From a virus (taxonomy: Duplodnaviria > Caudoviricetes), in IMG/VR virus record IMGVR_UViG_3300020446_000014, positions 1 to 52,881 of that record: a DNA stretch of 52,881 nucleotides; one strand, 5' to 3'. Made by a program: the position numbers and the translations under genes. Below the pieces are notes generated by a model. The model was not told where the DNA came from. It did no database searches and worked only from the letters and a program-made list of their open reading frames with translations. Below, piece by piece: positions 47,426-52,881 of the stretch (position 1 is its first letter; each line of letters begins with the position of its first letter).

Positions 47426-48859
47426 ATGGGATTATTTTCTACAGGTGGATCGTTTCCAGCAGGATTAACGCCTTCACCTACTAAAACACTTTTTTCAGGT
47501 AACTACCTGACATTTGATTCTGTCTCTGGAGGCGGAACATTTGCACAACAATTCCTACCAGATGTTTATGAAAAAGAAGTTGAAAGATATGGTAACAGAT
47601 CTGTATCTTCTTTTTTAAGAATGGTAGGAGCTGAGATTCCTTCTGCTTCAGATCAAATTATTTGGTCAGAGCAAGGAAGATTACATATTGCGTATGATAG
47701 CGCATCTGCTGATACTGCAACTGGTATTATTACTCAAGCTGACCATGCCGTAAGAGTTGGACAGACTGTAGCAATTGCTGAAGGGCTTGTTACTGTAAAA
47801 GGAGTTGTTACTGCTGCAGACGCTACTACATTTACAGTTGCTGCTTATGGCGGTGCTGATCTTGATGCTGCAGGGCTTTCAACTGGAGGTGCTGTATCTG
47901 TAAAGGTATTTGTATATGGTTCTGAATTTGGCAAAGGTACTGCAGGAATGCAAGGATCTGTTGATGCTGGTTTCCAGCAGTTCAGCAATTCTCCTATTAT
48001 CATTAAAGATAAATATGAGATTTCTGGATCTGATGCTGCACAAATTGGATGGGTTGAAGTAACTACTGAAAATGGAGCATCTGGATACCTATGGTATTTA
48101 AAATCTGAGCATGAAACAAGACTACGTTTTGAAGATTACTTAGAAACTGCTATGATTGAAGGTGAATTAGCTGCTGCAGGTTCTGCTGCCGCTACTGCTT
48201 CATATAAAGGTACTGAAGGTTTATTTGCTGCTGTTGAAAGCAGAGGTAATATCTATCAAAACTTTAATTCAGGTGAAGCAACGCTTTCTAACGCTGGTGC
48301 TGATAGAACTGCGCTACAAGATTTTGATGAAATACTTAAAAATCTTGATAAGCAAGGTGCTATTGAAGAAAACATGCTTTTCTTAAACAGAGCAACTGCG
48401 CTTGCATTTGATGATATGTTGGGAGCTGTAAATGCTCATTATAATGGAGGTACTTCTTATGGAGTATTTAATAATAGTGAGGATATGGCACTTAATTTAG
48501 GATTCAGCGGATTTAGAAGAGGTTCTTATGACTTTTATAAAACTGACTGGAAATATCTAAATGACGCTGCTACACGTGGCCTTACTGAAGATATTGATGG
48601 TATACTTGTACCTGCTGGTACTTCAACTGTATACGATCAGACTTTAGGTAAGAACATTAAGCGTCCTTTCTTACACGTTCGTTATAGAGCTTCTGAAGCT
48701 GACGATAGAAAGATGAAATCTTGGATCACTGGATCTGTAGGTGGAAACTTCACGAGCGATGTTGACAAGATGGAAGTACAATTCCTATCTGAAAGATGTC
48801 TTTGTGTGCAAGGAGCAAACAACTTCGTGTTATTCAAGTCTGTTACTCAGTCACCATAA
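47426..48859 (+). CDS. Major capsid protein
   Basis: 477 aa with strong codon bias, following the scaffold and followed by a terminator. Confidence 0.85.
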   Translation: MGLFSTGGSFPAGLTPSPTKTLFSGNYLTFDSVSGGGTFAQQFLPDVYEKEVERYGNRSVSSFLRMVGAEIPSASDQIIWSEQGRLHIAYDSASADTATGIITQADHAVRVGQTVAIAEGLVTVKGVVTAADATTFTVAAYGGADLDAAGLSTGGAVSVKVFVYGSEFGKGTAGMQGSVDAGFQQFSNSPIIIKDKYEISGSDAAQIGWVEVTTENGASGYLWYLKSEHETRLRFEDYLETAMIEGELAAAGSAAATASYKGTEGLFAAVESRGNIYQNFNSGEATLSNAGADRTALQDFDEILKNLDKQGAIEENMLFLNRATALAFDDMLGAVNAHYNGGTSYGVFNNSEDMALNLGFSGFRRGSYDFYKTDWKYLNDAATRGLTEDIDGILVPAGTSTVYDQTLGKNIKRPFLHVRYRASEADDRKMKSWITGSVGGNFTSDVDKMEVQFLSERCLCVQGANNFVLFKSVTQSP

Positions 48860-48867
48860 TTTTTAAT

Positions 48868-48910
48868 GTAAGGATGGGGCGTCATACGGCGCCTCAATCT
48901 TTACTTTTTA
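48868..48910 (+). terminator. Intrinsic terminator after the capsid gene
   Basis: GTAAGGAT-GGGGCGTC-ATAC-GGCGCCTC-A-ATCTTTAC followed by TTTTT. Confidence 0.8.
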
Positions 48911-48931
48911 TTAATCTTATTATATTATATC

Positions 48932-49696
48932 ATGGCAACAAAAGAAGCTACACAAGCAAAAGCTTGGAAAATTAAGGATAGAACTTATATATTAAAAGGT
49001 GATAAAACGCCTATAACTTTTACATTAGCGTCTAAACATCATTCAAGAAACCCTTTAATGTGGTTTGATGAAGAAACAGGACAAAACAGGGAATTGAGAT
49101 ACGCAAGTAATCAAAATTCACCATTTAGAGATGAACAAGACGGAATGTCTACTTTAAAGCATATAGTTTTTAAAGATGGATCTTTATTTGTGCCTAGAGC
49201 ACAACAATCTTTACAAAAACTACTTTCATTGTATCATCCGCAGTTAAATAAAACATATTACGAATTAGATAACGTAGCGGTGGCTAAAGATGAGCTTTTT
49301 GATATTGAATTAGAAATAAAAGCACTTAATTTAGCAAAAGATTTAGAAGTTGATCATGCAGAAGCAGTACTAAGAGTCGAAATGGGCTCTACCGTTTCTA
49401 AAATGACTTCTTCGGAAATTAAAAGAGACTTATTATTATTTGCAAAAAGAAATCCAGATACTTTTTTAGCATTAGTTGAGGATGATAACGTACAATTACG
49501 CAATTTTAGTATTAAAGCTGAAGAAGCAGGCGTAATTAAATTATCAGGCGATCAAAAGTCTTTTCATTGGGCTAGTAATAATAAAAAATTAATGACTGTT
49601 CCATTTGATGAAAACCCATATTCTGCATTTGCAGCTTGGTTAAAAACAGATGAAGGAACAGAAGTTTATAAGTCTATACAGAAAAAATTAAAATAG
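48932..49696 (+). CDS. Conserved hypothetical/structural protein
   Basis: 254-aa ORF between capsid and tail genes. Confidence 0.7.
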   Translation: MATKEATQAKAWKIKDRTYILKGDKTPITFTLASKHHSRNPLMWFDEETGQNRELRYASNQNSPFRDEQDGMSTLKHIVFKDGSLFVPRAQQSLQKLLSLYHPQLNKTYYELDNVAVAKDELFDIELEIKALNLAKDLEVDHAEAVLRVEMGSTVSKMTSSEIKRDLLLFAKRNPDTFLALVEDDNVQLRNFSIKAEEAGVIKLSGDQKSFHWASNNKKLMTVPFDENPYSAFAAWLKTDEGTEVYKSIQKKLK

Positions 49697-49703
49697 GAAT
49701 ATC

Positions 49704-49746
49704 TTATAATGATAAGGGTCATTTAAGATGGCCCTTTTCATTATAA
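49704..49746 (+). terminator. Long intergenic hairpin (terminator or processing site)
   Basis: TTATAATGA-TAAGGGTCAT-ttaag-ATGGCCCTTT-TCATTATAA. Confidence 0.65.
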
Positions 49747-49759
49747 TAAAAAAAATAAT

Positions 49760-50452
49760 ATGGTTAGTGTAGATACGGTATATCAAACAGTATTGGCAAT
49801 ACTAAATAAAGAAAACAGAGGATATATGACTCCACAAGAGTTTAATCTTTTAGCTAATCAAGCTCAAAATGAAATATTTGAGCAATATTTTTATGATTTA
49901 AATCAATATAAACGCAGAGGTGCGATAACAAATGAGTTTGCTAATATTGTAAAAAATATACAAGAAAAAATTGATTTATTTAAAGCACAATTAGTTCCAT
50001 TAGTATATTCTACAAATAAATTTAATTTACCTTCTGATTTATATAGGGTAGGTTCAATTAATTTTCAAAAAATAACGGCAGTAGAACAAGTAACTAATAA
50101 AGAATATATATATTATTCTCAGTCTCCGTTAACAGCTCCATCAGTATCTTATCCTATGTACATTAGAGAGGAAAATTGTATATATGTTCATCCAAATTCT
50201 ATTATTTCAGAAATATTTTGTACTTATATAAGAAAACCCGCACCGGTTAACTGGACTTATAATACAGTTAATAATGAAGCTTTTTATAACCCAAGTGCTT
50301 TAGATGCTCAAAATTTTGAATTGCATGCATCTGAAGTATCTAATTTAGTTATAAAAATATTAAGCTATGCTGGAATTGTAATAAAACAAGCTGAAATTAT
50401 TCAATTAGCAGAAGCTAAAGAGAATAAAAAAATAACTCAAGAAAAATCTTAA
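49760..50452 (+). CDS. Tail tubular/ring protein (P22 gp4-like adaptor)
   Basis: LNKE.RGY.TPQEFN..A..AQ and Y.RKP..V.W motifs; position after the capsid module. Confidence 0.7.
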   Translation: MVSVDTVYQTVLAILNKENRGYMTPQEFNLLANQAQNEIFEQYFYDLNQYKRRGAITNEFANIVKNIQEKIDLFKAQLVPLVYSTNKFNLPSDLYRVGSINFQKITAVEQVTNKEYIYYSQSPLTAPSVSYPMYIREENCIYVHPNSIISEIFCTYIRKPAPVNWTYNTVNNEAFYNPSALDAQNFELHASEVSNLVIKILSYAGIVIKQAEIIQLAEAKENKKITQEKS

Positions 50453-50455
50453 TAA

Positions 50456-51343
50456 ATGGCTTTAGCTAAAGTAACACCAGTACAACATTACGCCTCAAAT
50501 AATATGGGGCAGTACCAATTTATTAGTTTAAAAGATATTGTAAATAATTTTATTGTTTCTCAAGTTGGAGATGATAAAATAATTAAAAGCGCAAAAAGAT
50601 CAGAGGTACTATATCATGCACAACGTGGTATTGCTGAATTAAACTATGATACTCTTGGAAATATAAAAACACAAGAAATAGAATTACCTCCATCTTTATC
50701 AATAGCTATACCTCATGATTTTGTAAATATTGTTGAAATTTGTTTTGTTAATTCTAAAGGTATTTTATACCCAATACAAAAAAGCTCTGTTTCAGCAGAC
50801 CCTAGCTCAATACAACAAGATATAGATTATAACTATATATTTGATTTTGATGGTTTTCCAACAATAGCTTCTCAATCTGTAACTGCAGATAGATTTTTAG
50901 ATGCTACAAAAGGTAATGTAGCAAATAGAAATGAAATAGATTTTTTAGAGGAAGGCTTTGGTTATACAGTAGACAAAGGAGCTAGATATGGTATAGATCC
51001 AACATTAGCAAATAAAAACGGATCTTATTTAATAAATGATAAATTTGGTTTAATAAGTTTTAGTGGTGATTTAGCTGGTAGTATTATTGTTCTTAAATAT
51101 ATATCAGATGGTCTGCATTCAGATGCTGATATGGAAATACATAAATTTGCAGAAGAAGCAATGTATAAAATAATTGCATATGGCCTTGTATCTGCTAAAT
51201 CAAATATACCTGAATATCAAGTTAATAGGTTCAAAAAAGAAAAAAGAGCATCAATAAGAAATGCAAAATTAAGATTAGCAAAGCTAAGCCCTAATGAAAT
51301 TATTCAGGAACTAAGAGGTAAATCTAAACAAATTAAACATTAA
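50456..51343 (+). CDS. Second tail ring/structural protein
   Basis: IPHDFVN and LKYISDG motifs; position in the tail module. Confidence 0.65.
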   Translation: MALAKVTPVQHYASNNMGQYQFISLKDIVNNFIVSQVGDDKIIKSAKRSEVLYHAQRGIAELNYDTLGNIKTQEIELPPSLSIAIPHDFVNIVEICFVNSKGILYPIQKSSVSADPSSIQQDIDYNYIFDFDGFPTIASQSVTADRFLDATKGNVANRNEIDFLEEGFGYTVDKGARYGIDPTLANKNGSYLINDKFGLISFSGDLAGSIIVLKYISDGLHSDADMEIHKFAEEAMYKIIAYGLVSAKSNIPEYQVNRFKKEKRASIRNAKLRLAKLSPNEIIQELRGKSKQIKH

Positions 51344-51346
51344 TAA

Positions 51347-52881
51347 ATGGCAGAGCTTAAGCATACTTTCCTTAAGGGGAAGATGGATAAAGATAGCGAT
51401 GAAAGATTAGTTGAAAACGGAGCGTATAGAGATGCGCTTAATATACATGTGTCTTCTTCAGACGGTGCTAATGCTGGTGCAATAGAAAATTTATTAGGTA
51501 ATGAACAACTTTCTTCATTACAATTAAAAAATGCAAAAGTATTAGGTTCTGTAGTTTATACTTTAAAAGATAAATTGTATTGGATTGTAACTTCAGATAA
51601 TATAGATGGTATATATGAATATGACCAAATACAAAAAGAAATATCACCTATATTAATTGACACAAAAAGTGCTAGTACAAAAACTTTTTTCTCTACAATT
51701 ATAGACTCTAATTCTGATAATGAATTAATTTTAGATAATGTATCTAATACAGATATAAGTACAATATTTGGCAACGTCCCAAATAGCAATAATGATGAAA
51801 CGCTTGTTTCAAATAATATTGATCTTTATTGTGAAAATCCATATATAAAAATATCTATACCAAAAGATACGGTAATAAGAAAAGAAAATGATTTACTTGT
51901 GTTTAAGAATATACATTATTCTGGGCAAGCATATGGTGGTGTTGATTTAAATGTAGATTTTTCATTAAAAAGTGTATTGAATTTTTCAAAAAATAATATT
52001 ATAACAGGTATTAATATTATAGATGATATGCTTTTTTGGACAGATAATTTAAATGGACCAAGAAAAATAAATATTTCAAGATTTAAAAAATATACAGAGT
52101 CACAAAAATCAAATAACGTAAATATATTTGAAACACAAACAAAAGTATTGTTTGACGATAAAGATATACATGGGAATATATTTACTAATACAAGAAATTT
52201 TACAGAAGATGATATTAGTTTAGCTAAAAAAGTGCCAATGAGTGCACCCACATTATCATTATCTAATACATTAACTAATTCAGGCATTACTACAATACCA
52301 TTTTTAACTAATTTTCAAAATAATAATGTAAACGTTGACATTGGTGATGATTTATTTATACCCGTTAAAACATTACCTATTTGGAAAGTAGGAGATACTA
52401 TAACAATAATAGCTGAAAATCCAACTGTTGAAACTATTGAGCTTACAGCTACTGTAAAATCAATTTCTTTTATTGGCATAACATTAACATTAACGACTAA
52501 AGATTCTGATATAGACTATAGCTTAAACTATGAAGCTACATTTACTTTATTAGAAAAGAAACCAATTCATGAATTGTCTTTTGTTAGATTTGGTTATAGA
52601 TGGAAATATAATGATAATGAGTATTCATCTATTTCGCCTTTTTCTGAAGTTGCTTTTATACCCGGTGATACATTTAAGTATAATGCTAAAGAAGGCATTA
52701 ATACCTCAATGGAAAATCAACTTAGAATAATTAAATTATCTGATTTTGATACGGGGGATGATAATGTTTCAGAAATAGAAATATTATATAAAGAAAGTGC
52801 TAATCAAAATATATATACTTTAAGATCAATAAAAAGAATAGATTTTGAAGATACTTACGAAATAACAAAAGAACAAATACA
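51347..52881 (+). CDS. Tail stabilisation/hub protein (P22 gp10-like), 3'-truncated
   Basis: MAELKHTFLKGKMDKDSDERLVENGAYRDALNI...GAIENLLGN; LFWTDN..PRKINI; RFGYRWKY.DNEYS; runs off the window, so absent from the track. Confidence 0.75.
   Translation, partial: MAELKHTFLKGKMDKDSDERLVENGAYRDALNIHVSSSDGANAGAIENLLGNEQLSSLQLKNAKVLGSVVYTLKDKLYWIVTSDNIDGIYEYDQIQKEISPILIDTKSASTKTFFSTIIDSNSDNELILDNVSNTDISTIFGNVPNSNNDETLVSNNIDLYCENPYIKISIPKDTVIRKENDLLVFKNIHYSGQAYGGVDLNVDFSLKSVLNFSKNNIITGINIIDDMLFWTDNLNGPRKINISRFKKYTESQKSNNVNIFETQTKVLFDDKDIHGNIFTNTRNFTEDDISLAKKVPMSAPTLSLSNTLTNSGITTIPFLTNFQNNNVNVDIGDDLFIPVKTLPIWKVGDTITIIAENPTVETIELTATVKSISFIGITLTLTTKDSDIDYSLNYEATFTLLEKKPIHELSFVRFGYRWKYNDNEYSSISPFSEVAFIPGDTFKYNAKEGINTSMENQLRIIKLSDFDTGDDNVSEIEILYKESANQNIYTLRSIKRIDFEDTYEITKEQI

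Overview
AT-rich (~30% GC) window from a lytic tailed dsDNA phage, most likely a short-tailed phage of marine Bacteroidota/Flavobacteriia (inferred from A-rich starts without Shine-Dalgarno sites, TAATG gene overlaps and a crAss/Cellulophaga-phage-like head-tail gene order). Layout: (1) 1-11035 +: 5'-truncated giant virion/ejection protein, small basic proteins and tail fibres with chaperones. (2) 11066-22327 -: nucleotide metabolism and replication (nrdA, nrdB, endonuclease, GIY-YIG/MazG fusion, CAP protein, thyA, primase-helicase, SSB, RecE-like exonuclease, ERF, sigma factor, HTH protein). (3) 22369-28863 -: early region of tiny ORFs, an initiator tRNA-Met and an adjacent ~280-nt structured non-coding region. 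(4) 29130-52881 +: late region with fibres, GroEL/GroES, lysis genes, terminase, portal, scaffold, major capsid and tail proteins. The main candidate new system is inferred and read by eye. The giant protein looks like a polyprotein: a zincin protease (HELLH), then a sigma-70 region-2-like segment and an EHxxP nuclease-like segment, separated by three K[FY]SxS motifs. The early region carries six fixed-spacing copies of a non-host promoter-like motif, TTACA-N5-AACACGA-N8-GGATAAT. Together these suggest an injected, protease-released sigma factor that starts early transcription, with the free-standing sigma acting later. Also notable: a pseudoknotted RNA next to the tRNA, a pair of outward-facing 45-bp dyad elements, and a strand-biased 9-mer, TGTATAGCA.
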